DNA of 64,000 bases from Flavobacteriaceae bacterium UBA1903 (lineage in GTDB: Bacteria; Bacteroidota; Bacteroidia; Flavobacteriales; Flavobacteriaceae), in assembly GCA_002337605.1 (NCBI GenBank), contig DDGL01000016.1, positions 293,935-357,934 of the forward strand, read 5' to 3'. A model generated the notes under the pieces. The model searched no databases. It had not been told where the DNA came from and saw nothing but the letters and a program-made list of their open reading frames with translations. Below are positions 1 through 8,951 of this stretch, in pieces. The translations under genes and the position numbers were made by a program. Positions within the stretch are counted from its first letter, which is position 1. Every line of letters starts with the position of its first letter.

Positions 1-1
1 A

Positions 2-205
2 CCAACTATCATAGAAGATAATCTTTTAAAGGCCCGGGTAACCAAAGGTGATCTTCGCTCAAAACTTAGGGAGGCAAATGTTCTCGATCTATCGCAAGTG
101 CGGGCTGTAGTTTTTGAAACCACGGGCGATGTCGTCGTATTGCACAGCAGTGATCAATCACAGAGTTTAGAACCTTGGTTATTAAAAGATGTCAAAAGAA
201 GCTAA
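2..205 (+). CDS. DUF421/YetF-family protein, C-terminal fragment (5' end outside window)
   Basis: Frame 2 translates to ...DLRSKLREANVLDLSQVRAVVFETTGDVVVL...KRS*, matching the YetF C-terminal pattern (LR..gv..l..V..avlEt.G.isv). Confidence 0.75.
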   Translation, partial: PTIIEDNLLKARVTKGDLRSKLREANVLDLSQVRAVVFETTGDVVVLHSSDQSQSLEPWLLKDVKRS

Positions 206-275
206 TGCATACTCTAAAGTTAGCATTGTTGAATTGCTGGCTACTGTGTTTGTGTAGGAAAAAGAAGATAGATCT

Positions 276-539
276 ATGGATACGACCAAAATAATAGGAA
301 TACTGGCAGGAGTTTTTACGACCGTTGCCGTTATTCCGCAGATTTACAAGGCGATCAAGACAAATAAAGTTGATGATATAAGCCCGGTATTTTTTAGCAT
401 TTTACTATTGGGTGTCGGACTCTGGACCGTCTATGGAATTTTAAAAACAGATTGGCCTATTATGGTGACGAATGGAATTTCGTTCATGTTGAATGCAACC
501 ATGTTGGGAATTTATATAACAAACAAGATAAAAAAATGA
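276..539 (+). CDS. SemiSWEET / PQ-loop sugar transporter
   Basis: 87 aa, three hydrophobic helices, 'IPQIYK' PQ motif, 'LWTVYG...WPIMVTN'. Confidence 0.85.
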   Translation: MDTTKIIGILAGVFTTVAVIPQIYKAIKTNKVDDISPVFFSILLLGVGLWTVYGILKTDWPIMVTNGISFMLNATMLGIYITNKIKK

Positions 540-1195
540 AAGCTATCGTTGAAAGTAAAGAAGATATTGAAGAATTAGTACGTGAATTTGTACTGGATGA
601 CCACCCCTGTGTCATGGCGCAGAGTGTCATTGCAGATGACAACGTAACCATTCAATCGTATGGTAGTATGGATAATTTTTGTCCAAATACCTTGATGAAA
701 GATTTAGAGATGTATGTAAATGACGTAGAGCAGGATTCTATGAAATTTCAGACTTTTATTGCTGTCTTTGACGATTCTCATTTTGAAACTGAAAAGGAAT
801 TTGAAAACTCACTTTGGAAACTACTATATACATTACACAGCATGGATACCCACGCTTGGGACGAGACAACAAATTCAGACCCTGCTTCACCAAAGTTTAG
901 TTATAGTTTGTTCGGCACCTCGTTCTATATCGTTGGGATGCATCCTAATTCTTCTCGCTGGGCAAGGTCATCTCCTTTTCCGATGATCGTGTTCAACTTA
1001 CATAGTCAGTTTGAACTGTTACGTAGCTCTGGACGGTATGGAAGGGTTCGTGATCTCATACGTAAAAGAGACAAGGCATATCAAGGCTCTGTTAATCCCA
1101 TGTTGGAAGATTTTGGTGAGAACAGCGAAGCCAGACAGTATAGCGGTAGAGCCGTAGAAGATGATTGGAAATGTCCCTATTTAACTAAAAAGTAA
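536..1195 (+). CDS. YqcI/YcgG family heme-dependent oxidase (GntA/DcsA/AglA-like guanidine N-hydroxylase family)
   Basis: 'HPCVMA', 'FSYSLFGTSFYIVGMHPNSSRWAR', 'FNLHSQF', 'EARQYSGR', 'WKCPY'; ATG at 536 overlaps upstream stop (ATGA), preferred over the 452 start. Confidence 0.8.
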   Translation: MKAIVESKEDIEELVREFVLDDHPCVMAQSVIADDNVTIQSYGSMDNFCPNTLMKDLEMYVNDVEQDSMKFQTFIAVFDDSHFETEKEFENSLWKLLYTLHSMDTHAWDETTNSDPASPKFSYSLFGTSFYIVGMHPNSSRWARSSPFPMIVFNLHSQFELLRSSGRYGRVRDLIRKRDKAYQGSVNPMLEDFGENSEARQYSGRAVEDDWKCPYLTKK

Positions 1196-1199
1196 TTTT

Positions 1200-1811
1200 A
1201 TGTATTGCCCGGAACATTATAGTAAACAGGATAAGAAATATCGGTACGATTTCCTTCAGCAATACCCCTTTGCTACCATGGTGCTTCAGGGTGAGTCAAT
1301 GCTGGCTACACATATTCCGGTACTTACCAAGGGCGGGCCAGAAGATTTCTATCTGTATTCCCATATCGCAAATAGCAATCCGCAGTATGCACACCTCGAG
1401 GACGGCACAGAAGCCCTATTTATTTTTCAGGGTCCGCATGCGTATATCTCGTCATCCTGGTATACCCATGAGGATATCAGTACATGGGATTATGCAGCGG
1501 TGCATATCAATGCAAAAATTTACAGACAGACCGCAGCCCAACTCGAAACATCATTACAGGAATTGGTTTATTTTTTTGAAAAGGATCAAGAGAAACCTAA
1601 CTATTATCACGACATACCACAGAAACTTATTCAAGAGCATTTTCCCAGAATTACCGGGTTTACCGCCAAGCCTACGAAAATACAGGCGATAGCCAAATAC
1701 CATCAAGATTTTGATGGTGAAAACGTAAAGAATATCTGCCGAAAGTTAAGTACAACTAACAACGCTATGGATGATCAAGTAGTAAAAAATATAAAAAAGG
1801 AACATGAATAA
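1200..1811 (+). CDS. paiB: PaiB family FMN/heme-binding split-barrel protein
   Basis: 'MYCP.HY', 'LATHIP', 'HIANSNPQ', 'GPHAYISSSWY', 'STWDYAAVH'. Confidence 0.8.
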   Translation: MYCPEHYSKQDKKYRYDFLQQYPFATMVLQGESMLATHIPVLTKGGPEDFYLYSHIANSNPQYAHLEDGTEALFIFQGPHAYISSSWYTHEDISTWDYAAVHINAKIYRQTAAQLETSLQELVYFFEKDQEKPNYYHDIPQKLIQEHFPRITGFTAKPTKIQAIAKYHQDFDGENVKNICRKLSTTNNAMDDQVVKNIKKEHE

Positions 1812-2388
1812 CGTAATTAAGCCACAAACAGGCACCGCATTTTATTTAACAAAAGGGCAAAAGTTAAAAATAATCGATGTCGAAGGACAACAGGTTAGTG
1901 ACATGGTTTTATTCAATGCAGAAGATACGAGAGAACGGATTTCTTCTGGCAAGACATTAGATTTTGAGGAATGCATACAGATAACTACCAATAATTTTTT
2001 GTGGAGTAACCGAAGCAACAAGTTGGCAGCGATAGAAGAAGATACCAACGGACGAAATGATTTTTTACTTGCGCCATGTTGTAAGCAAACCTTTGAAATT
2101 ATGTACGATCATAAAGGCTACCATCCAAGCTGTAAAGAAAATCTGGAAACGGCTCTAGCGCCTTTTGGTATTGAACCTGATGACATTCCTACTGCCTTTA
2201 ATGTGTTTATGAATGTTCAGTATGATAGCGACGGAAACCTGTCGGTTCTCCCACCCACTTCAAAAGCGGGGGATTACCTTATTATCCGGGCTGAAATGGA
2301 TCTTTTGGTAGGTCTTACAGCCTGCTCGGCAGAAGATAGCAACGGCGGCACCTTTAAGCCAATAGCCTATGAAATTATAAAAGTGTAA
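1804..2388 (+). CDS. DUF1989 / urea-carboxylase-associated (CgdAB-like) protein
   Basis: 'IIDVEGQQVSDM', 'NDFLLAPCC', 'HPSCKENL', 'AFNVFMNV', 'AEMDLLVGLTACS'. Confidence 0.85.
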   Translation: MNNVIKPQTGTAFYLTKGQKLKIIDVEGQQVSDMVLFNAEDTRERISSGKTLDFEECIQITTNNFLWSNRSNKLAAIEEDTNGRNDFLLAPCCKQTFEIMYDHKGYHPSCKENLETALAPFGIEPDDIPTAFNVFMNVQYDSDGNLSVLPPTSKAGDYLIIRAEMDLLVGLTACSAEDSNGGTFKPIAYEIIKV

Positions 2389-2394
2389 AAGAAT

Positions 2395-2967
2395 ATGGAA
2401 GCACTACATAGTTTTAAAGATTTCTTGAAGAAAAATAAGAAGGCATTCTACGGTGGGATAATCGCCACACTTTTTTTAGGGCTGGGTGTTTTTCTTTTGG
2501 GTAGTGTTTCGGGCTATGAGGCAAAAAAACTAATCACAAGTTCCCTTCCTGGACTCAACATGCTCTGTAATACTATTGTTTTAGCGTCTGCCACTATTTT
2601 GGCACTGTTACTCACCCTATTGGGAATAAGTACCGGAACAGAAAATAAATTAAAGAAAGCACATTACAAACAAGTGCTTAGTATTGCTACTTTTGATACC
2701 GTTTTGTTTGTGGGATCTTTGATCCTGTTTCAGCTATTCAATATTCCTATAACCGAAGCTGAAAATGTACCTACCACCTGGTTTGATGCAATTTATTGGG
2801 CCACATTGATATCATCTTCCATCCTTAGTGGGATGATGATCACTGTTATATTAATGCTCTATAAAACGGTGACGAACATTATTAATATTGTGGGGTTGGG
2901 GAAAGATCACTACTTAATTTCAGATGAGGAAATAGAGGAAGAAGAAAAAGAGTCAGGTACAGATTGA
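2395..2967 (+). CDS. Hypothetical integral membrane protein (about 4 TM)
   Basis: 190-aa ORF with four hydrophobic segments and an acidic tail. Confidence 0.6.
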   Translation: MEALHSFKDFLKKNKKAFYGGIIATLFLGLGVFLLGSVSGYEAKKLITSSLPGLNMLCNTIVLASATILALLLTLLGISTGTENKLKKAHYKQVLSIATFDTVLFVGSLILFQLFNIPITEAENVPTTWFDAIYWATLISSSILSGMMITVILMLYKTVTNIINIVGLGKDHYLISDEEIEEEEKESGTD

Positions 2968-2971
2968 TTTT

Positions 2972-3418
2972 TTACAACCACATTTTCAAAAAAGAATCGT
3001 AGAAACGTTCCATACCTATTGCTGCCATTCCAAAGATAATATGTGCCACGATAAGTTGAATATGGAACAAGCGGGTATGAGTTGGCGGATCGGTATTGGC
3101 AAGTTTGTAAAGTGCTTTCCACATCATAATTCCAATTCCTCCCAGCATACATCCAAAAATAATTCCCCATTGCACTGAGATTGAAACGTTCGTCACCGAA
3201 TACAATGCTATTAACATAATTAGGAATACTATTCCAGTGAGGTAGTGTACAAGCCAGCCCACCCAAGTTGGAAGCTCAACATTTAAAATCTTGCCTAATA
3301 GGTCGGCTAATAATTTGGGTTCCTTGAAATTTTCATTTAATAGGGTAGAGAATACATAACTAAACCCTGTCATGCAGGTGGTAGCAACAATCCAAGCAAG
3401 AAAGAGTGTAAAAAGCAT
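2972..3418 (-). CDS. Hypothetical integral membrane protein (about 4 TM)
   Basis: 148-aa hydrophobic ORF, 'GWLVHYLTGIVF', 'HIIFG'. Confidence 0.6.
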   Translation of the reverse strand: MLFTLFLAWIVATTCMTGFSYVFSTLLNENFKEPKLLADLLGKILNVELPTWVGWLVHYLTGIVFLIMLIALYSVTNVSISVQWGIIFGCMLGGIGIMMWKALYKLANTDPPTHTRLFHIQLIVAHIIFGMAAIGMERFYDSFLKMWL

Positions 3419-3601
3419 ACCTAACGTTACAATACTTTTTTGTGTTAGACTATCAATAAAACATAAAGATAATAAATAAAATTGGATACGATTTATAATA
3501 AAAACACACTAGTACAGTCAAAAAAGTCAGATCGGAAAGATGAGGCTTATATGAGTTAACTAACTGAATTTTAGTGCTGTCAATTATTTATAGTCTCTAA
3601 A

Positions 3602-3693
3602 CAACGGCTATGCAACGGCCCATTCACGGGCCGTTATTTAATTTCAACGGCGCCGTTGTCAATTTCCCAACGGGCCGTTTTTTGCTCCGTTGG
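3602..3693. repeat. Cluster of CAACGG/CCGTT direct and inverted repeats
   Basis: CAACGG at 3602, 3613, 3645, 3668; IR AACGGCCC-N6-GGGCCGTT (3614-3635); perfect palindrome CAACGGCGCCGTTG (3645-3658); AACGGGCCGTT (3669-3679). Confidence 0.85.
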
Positions 3694-3728
3694 ACTAGTG
3701 TGAATAAGATCAAAAACGTAGCGAAGCC

Positions 3729-3778
3729 TAACAAAGATTAACAAAGTCTTACAAAGAGTAACAAAGACTTACAGAGTC
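3729..3778 (+). repeat. Five tandem imperfect 10-bp repeats (T[AT]ACAAAGNN)
   Basis: TAACAAAGAT TAACAAAGTC TTACAAAGAG TAACAAAGAC TTACAGAGTC. Confidence 0.9.
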
Positions 3779-3829
3779 TAACACCCAAAGTTTAATTCTT
3801 GGCATATTGCAGACAATTCTACTGCACTA

Positions 3830-4006
3830 ATGAACGCCACTATTGTTTTTAGCATCGTACAGGCACTTCCCCAGGAAGAGCAACAGGCGTTGTTGAAAAT
3901 GATGAAGTCGGCCGTTGCACCTTCACGGTTGCAACCGCCACAAAAAGAAAAGTTGCTCACCCGGGCGGAGGCGGATGCTTTTATATTAAGGACGGTTTTT
4001 GGTTAA
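3830..4006 (+). CDS. Small hypothetical protein (58 aa), probably mobile-element associated
   Basis: Translated by hand: MNATIVFSIVQALPQEEQQALLKMMKSAVAPSRLQPPQKEKLLTRAEADAFILRTVFG*; GC-richer than flanks; a decayed second copy at 4810-4879 keeps codon-level similarity. Confidence 0.6.
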   Translation: MNATIVFSIVQALPQEEQQALLKMMKSAVAPSRLQPPQKEKLLTRAEADAFILRTVFG

Positions 4007-4164
4007 TTAATCTTCCTAATATCTTTAATCCATTTTCTTAATATGCTAAAAAAAGTATCTTTACCCATCATAAGACACGCTCGAAGTTGCAATTTTCTTG
4101 CTACTTCTAAATCTAATTTAGGTATTAGGCAATTGGCAAATATTTAATCTGAAACTTTATAATA

Positions 4165-4737
4165 ATGAAACGGAACTCTATCTTATTACTCTTGATTGTT
4201 GCAATTATTTTTAGTTGTAAAAACGATAGCACTAAAGAGAATGAATTGTTACAAAAAGAAAACGAACTCTTAAAAAAAGAAATAGAATTAGAGCGGAGAG
4301 AGAATTCAATGGATAAGAAAAAATCAAATAAATCAGAAATAGAATCTGAGGATATTAAATCAAAACCATCTAAACGAGATTTGTTATCATCTAATATATC
4401 AGAATTTAATATGCTTCACTCTAAAAGTGAAAATATAAAAGTTCAATACAATGGTGATTTTGTTATTGATATGGGGAGTGCTTCTTCTGGAAGGGTAGCT
4501 GGTAATCTAAAAAATTTGAATCTAAGTTTTGAACATCTACCTGAAAGACCAGGTTGTGCAGATGTTTGCCCAGAAATGATTGTGATTAAATTTGATTGTA
4601 AACTTAGAAAAAAATGTATTTCTGAACCTACGATGTCAGATTTTTATAGCGATTCTGGGACTATTTCAATTGCTAATATCTCTGTTGGCAAAAAGACCTT
4701 TGAACTACTAAATAGGATTAATAAAAATCTAAATTAA
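4165..4737 (+). CDS. Hypothetical lipoprotein
   Basis: Signal peptide with lipobox 'IIFSC', short coiled coil, Cys-rich C-terminal part. Confidence 0.7.
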   Translation: MKRNSILLLLIVAIIFSCKNDSTKENELLQKENELLKKEIELERRENSMDKKKSNKSEIESEDIKSKPSKRDLLSSNISEFNMLHSKSENIKVQYNGDFVIDMGSASSGRVAGNLKNLNLSFEHLPERPGCADVCPEMIVIKFDCKLRKKCISEPTMSDFYSDSGTISIANISVGKKTFELLNRINKNLN

Positions 4738-4809
4738 AATAATGCAACGAAAGATTTTTTCTCTTAGTTACCGATAATTAAATTTTAAAAGCAACCGTAA
4801 CCGTTACAT

Positions 4810-4879
4810 TTACAACCAAAAGAAAAATTACTAACCCGAGCCGAAAGCGGATGCGTTTATTTTTAGGATCGTTTTTTAA
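4810..4879 (+). pseudogene. Frameshifted duplicate of the 3' end of the 3830-4006 ORF
   Basis: Reads LQPKEKLLTRAE(+1 nt)ADAFIFRIVF* versus LQPPQKEKLLTRAEADAFILRTVFG*. Confidence 0.75.
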
Positions 4880-4916
4880 CTATTAAATTCAATTATTCAT
4901 ATAAGAATTTAAAATT

Positions 4917-5642
4917 CTAACGCTCTACGTCAATATTTAAAATGGGATATAACGAAGAAATTAATTTATCCTCTATGAAGAAACGATTGATGGCATTTTC
5001 TTTACCAGGATAAAGTAAAAAGGAAATTTCTACATTCTCTTTTATTAAAGCTAAGGCATCCCTATTAAAAAGACGTTCCAAACCGATTCGCAATTGACTT
5101 ACAGTGTTTGGTTTTTTACCAAAGCCATATCTGCATTTCGTTAGTCTATTTTTGTTCTTGCATTCTGGCCATAGATGGCTAAGATGGTCATCTGGTTTGT
5201 TCTTGCTCATACTATCTTTCCAAATTGTATTACTATATTGGTTATCATTTTCGGGGTCTATATTGTATCGAAGGTGACCGTCTATTCGTTTTTTAATATT
5301 AGTGCTTTTTCCAACATATAAACAGATATATTCGTCTTTACTAGCTTTGTCTATCCATTCCTTTGTAAAAATCACTTTTAAGAAATGATTTGCCTTCTCC
5401 GAATTGTCGTGTGGACCTTTTAAATAATATTCGGTATTAGGGTTTAACAAGTGTTTTCGAAGCAAGCCATTGTTGTCATTCCACCAAAAAGCATAAATTC
5501 CTTGTTGTTTTAAATCATTAATAATAGGGTTAAGAGAACCGTTATAAATTTTTTCAATTGCATATTTATTTTGATCTAATAAAAGGTCATATGCACCTTC
5601 AATATCACTTAAAGAGAACCTATTTTCAATTCTATCTTTCAT
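4917..5642 (-). CDS. GIY-YIG-like nuclease
   Basis: 'GIYAFW' ... 'LYVGKSTNIKKRI..H' ... 'FIEDKLI...YPILN': GIY/YVG, Arg, Glu and Asn motifs in order. Confidence 0.6.
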   Translation of the reverse strand: MKDRIENRFSLSDIEGAYDLLLDQNKYAIEKIYNGSLNPIINDLKQQGIYAFWWNDNNGLLRKHLLNPNTEYYLKGPHDNSEKANHFLKVIFTKEWIDKASKDEYICLYVGKSTNIKKRIDGHLRYNIDPENDNQYSNTIWKDSMSKNKPDDHLSHLWPECKNKNRLTKCRYGFGKKPNTVSQLRIGLERLFNRDALALIKENVEISFLLYPGKENAINRFFIEDKLISSLYPILNIDVER

Positions 5643-7596
5643 AGGTTGAGTTTAAGATTTCAATCGTTAAATCCTCGTGAGCTTTTAGGTTTTCATCGTT
5701 CCAATCGTCAGCCTGCTCCCACATTAATTCCATTTTTAAACTTTCTAGCTTGTCATCAGGTCTGTGATAGTTCGCTTTCTTTGCTTTTGGTAAGTCATTA
5801 CTGAAACGGGAGTTTTTTTGTTGGCTTATTAGACAAAGATTACCGAATCGATCTATATTATCAAAAGGTGGTTTATCTCCATTTCTAGGCTGTTGAGGAA
5901 AAAAATGTTCTACTGAACTTCTAAAGCCAAATTGAAAATTTTTAGCTTTTTCGATTGCAACAAGATTTTCGTAATTTTCTGTCTCTTGTGTGGTATAATA
6001 CCAAATTAAATAGTCTAGCCTATTAAATATAAAATTTTTGGTCTGTGTGCCTAGACTCCAAATATGATTGCTCACAGATTTATTTTTTGGTTTAGAATTA
6101 TTTTCAAAAATGATTTCTTCATAGTCTAAATCGCCGTCAACCGATTGATTTCGATCAAAGTAAAAAGCATCATTTAACAGTTCTAAATATGTTATAAACT
6201 TATCTGCTTCGATTACTCCATTTTCTGAATTATTGTACAGGTGGTATAAAGTAGCATTAAACCAATGTTTATAGATTCTTGTTGGAAATGATACATGGAA
6301 CATAGATTGCAACATAATGATACGATTATTATCAGTATTGTTTTCATCATCGCTTCCAGCTCGTTCAAATGTATCTTTAAAGTAATGTGATTTTCCTTTT
6401 TGGAACTGATGGATTTGCTTCCTTAATATCCATTTGGTGTCCTGTCCCAAATCTAAATTTCGAATAACATATTTATCAAATAGAAATTTCATTTTGAGCA
6501 GACTATAGCAGAAATCCTTAGCAAACTTGGACGGGTCGTTCTTATCAATATAAACGTGCTCAAATTGTTTAAGTAATTGCTTGTCGTCTAGGGCAATATC
6601 TTTGTTGTTTTCTTGAATTTTTAAAACATGAAGTAAGAAATTAGGGAAGTTAATTACAGCCGTTAGTTGTTCCTCGTCTTGCTTGCCTTCAGGCTCTTCA
6701 AGGTGGACTATTTCAGTTGAATCTAAAATTTGACTAAGACTGGGCTTAGTCGATCCATGTTTTTCTTCTGTTACCTCTTGAGTACTTAAAAATGCATCTA
6801 GCAATTCATCGTAATCTTTTGGTATTTCGTTTCCATCATCTCCAAAGATTTTCTTTCGGGTATTTTTACTATTATTTTCTGTGTTCCTTGTAAAGAACAA
6901 CTGTATGTAACGATTCATATCACTTGCAGCTTCCCATACAGTATTGAATAGTTCCCGATCCTCCGGGTATTCTTTTAGAAAGCTCATTAGGCGTGATTTG
7001 AGAACTTCGTGCTTTTCAAGTTGTTCACCACGCACATTCATAATCTCAAAATAATGGTTGAGATTCGTGTCTGGGGGAACGGCAACTTTTAGAAGAAGCG
7101 TTTTATTTAAAAGGTAGTCTGTAAATTCCTGAGCTGTAATATTAAACTCTTCTAAATAATGACTTAGATTATCTTTAATAATTTTATAGGCAGCTTTAAT
7201 AGCTGGTTCATTTACATCATCAAGTTTTTTATAATAGACTGCTTGTAATGCGCTAATTGAATTGGGTCTGGAATCAAATAATAGAGTGTTAAAATCAAAA
7301 TTTAAACTATAAGACGATTCTTTACTGTGAGAAAGGTAGGCTAGTATGATATATAGCGTGGTCAATCTTTGCTGTCCGTCTATTACTTCTTCTTTTCCTT
7401 GAACTCCCTTATTAATAACTAACGTGCCTAAATAGTAGTTGTCGTTTTGATTGGCTTTTACCTGACTGCATAAGTCAGATAATAGCTGGGACACTTCAGT
7501 AAGTGTCCACGCGAATTCCCGTTGATAAATAGGAATGCTGTAATTTGCAACCTTAAAAATATCAGAAATACTTAACAGTGGTGGATTTTTGGACAT
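5632..7596 (-). CDS. GmrSD-like type IV restriction endonuclease (DUF262 + DUF1524 HNH)
   Basis: 'IPIYQREFAW', 'IDGQQRLTT', 'FEIMNVRG.QL'; C-terminal 'SVEHFFPQ', 'FGNLCLISQQKNSRFSN'. Confidence 0.85.
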   Translation of the reverse strand: MSKNPPLLSISDIFKVANYSIPIYQREFAWTLTEVSQLLSDLCSQVKANQNDNYYLGTLVINKGVQGKEEVIDGQQRLTTLYIILAYLSHSKESSYSLNFDFNTLLFDSRPNSISALQAVYYKKLDDVNEPAIKAAYKIIKDNLSHYLEEFNITAQEFTDYLLNKTLLLKVAVPPDTNLNHYFEIMNVRGEQLEKHEVLKSRLMSFLKEYPEDRELFNTVWEAASDMNRYIQLFFTRNTENNSKNTRKKIFGDDGNEIPKDYDELLDAFLSTQEVTEEKHGSTKPSLSQILDSTEIVHLEEPEGKQDEEQLTAVINFPNFLLHVLKIQENNKDIALDDKQLLKQFEHVYIDKNDPSKFAKDFCYSLLKMKFLFDKYVIRNLDLGQDTKWILRKQIHQFQKGKSHYFKDTFERAGSDDENNTDNNRIIMLQSMFHVSFPTRIYKHWFNATLYHLYNNSENGVIEADKFITYLELLNDAFYFDRNQSVDGDLDYEEIIFENNSKPKNKSVSNHIWSLGTQTKNFIFNRLDYLIWYYTTQETENYENLVAIEKAKNFQFGFRSSVEHFFPQQPRNGDKPPFDNIDRFGNLCLISQQKNSRFSNDLPKAKKANYHRPDDKLESLKMELMWEQADDWNDENLKAHEDLTIEILNSTYER

Positions 7597-8951
7597 TAGG
7601 CTTTGATGAGTTGGTGTTGAGTAAATAATTTAGCTAACTCATTTGAATTACCTCCTATTTGTGTAACAGGCTTAAGTCTATAGATGAGTATTTGAGAGAT
7701 TGTTAAACTTTCCCGTATTAGGCGGATAAGACTATTTGGATGTCTCGCGTGATTGTCAACAGATTCCAATCTTACGGCTGTAAGTTTTATGCGAGGTCTG
7801 TAAGCCCAAAAGAAAATTAATGGAATCACTTTTTCCAGTTGCCTTTCACCAAACTTATCGATGTAATAGAGCAGGGTTACTTCAAAAAGATTGCGACAAT
7901 ATTTATCCCCAGTTCTGTATGATTTAGTGTAGGTGTTCAACTCATTAATAATTGCAAATGCTTTGGAATCAGGAGTATAAAAATCCTTATTTATATTAGT
8001 AAAATTTTTAATTGCTTCAACCATTTTTGATTTGTGCTTTACAAAATCAAAAAACCATTCACCGTTTACGGTAAATGCATCAAGCTGGTGTGGAAAGTGT
8101 TCTTGGCTATCGTTGAAATCATATAATATTTGCTGTTTTAAGCCTACGTATTTTGCATTTATAGCAATTGGCCGGGCATAAGGGTACAGTTGATTGTCTA
8201 AAAGATTCACACCCTTAAAAACCGTGATTTCATCTTTAGAAAAATAGGAAGCACTTTTACCTGTTGACCAATTCCTGATCTTGAAGAAATAATTGGCAAA
8301 TGCATCTTTAAGGAAATGAGGATCGGTATTATCCCAATGCTCAATCACTTTGATTTTTTCAGACTCCTTTAGGTGGCTCATCTCCCGAAGGTGAAACGCT
8401 TTGAGTAAATTATGAGGATATAATGCCTTACCTCTAGAGTTTTGGGAGTCAAAAAACTGAAAAGCTTCTCCCAAATCTGTTATGGTAACCTGAACAAATT
8501 GACATTTATTTAAAAAAAAATGTATCAAGTTCTCATCAAAATCAGTAATCCGCGATTGTATATGAGCGTAATTAGCTTTGAGGTTACCAATGCTAATAGC
8601 GTTATCAAATTTTAATTTGTCTAAACCTGGAGTTTCAAATTTTAAAAAAGGAGTTTCAAATTTTTTTCTTAAAGCTTTATATAAAAGTAATAAGGTTAAG
8701 TAACGTTGTTGACCGTCTACAATTTCTTCTTGATTTTCAGACTCTATATCTTTATAAATAATGATTGTACCTATGCGATAGGCTTTCTTTTCCTGAAAGG
8801 TTATGATGTCATCAATAAGATCGTTTACATTTTTAACCGTCCATTTATAAGGTCTTTGATAGTCTGCGATTTTAAAATTACACTGAAGTAATTTTTTGAT
8901 ATTGAAAATAGCAGCCGTAGGTTCTTGAAGGTTTTTATTTAACGTCTTCAA
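7596..8951 (-). CDS. DUF262 domain protein (GmrSD N-terminal-like, no HNH)
   Basis: 'IADYQRPYKW', 'VDGQQRYLT', 'FFDSQNSRGKAL...NLLKAFHL'. Confidence 0.8.
   Translation of the reverse strand: MKTLNKNLQEPTAAIFNIKKLLQCNFKIADYQRPYKWTVKNVNDLIDDIITFQEKKAYRIGTIIIYKDIESENQEEIVDGQQRYLTLLLLYKALRKKFETPFLKFETPGLDKLKFDNAISIGNLKANYAHIQSRITDFDENLIHFFLNKCQFVQVTITDLGEAFQFFDSQNSRGKALYPHNLLKAFHLREMSHLKESEKIKVIEHWDNTDPHFLKDAFANYFFKIRNWSTGKSASYFSKDEITVFKGVNLLDNQLYPYARPIAINAKYVGLKQQILYDFNDSQEHFPHQLDAFTVNGEWFFDFVKHKSKMVEAIKNFTNINKDFYTPDSKAFAIINELNTYTKSYRTGDKYCRNLFEVTLLYYIDKFGERQLEKVIPLIFFWAYRPRIKLTAVRLESVDNHARHPNSLIRLIRESLTISQILIYRLKPVTQIGGNSNELAKLFTQHQLIKA

Noticed and set aside
536-1195. Guanitoxin biosynthesis gene cluster
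   Set aside because: Only the GntA-like family member is present; none of the other required enzymes are nearby
3729-3778. Possible CRISPR array
   Set aside because: Units are 10 bp and contiguous with no unique spacers; no cas genes
3778-3960. 60-aa minus-strand ORF from the track
   Set aside because: Antisense to the 58-aa plus-strand ORF, whose coding frame is supported by the decayed duplicate
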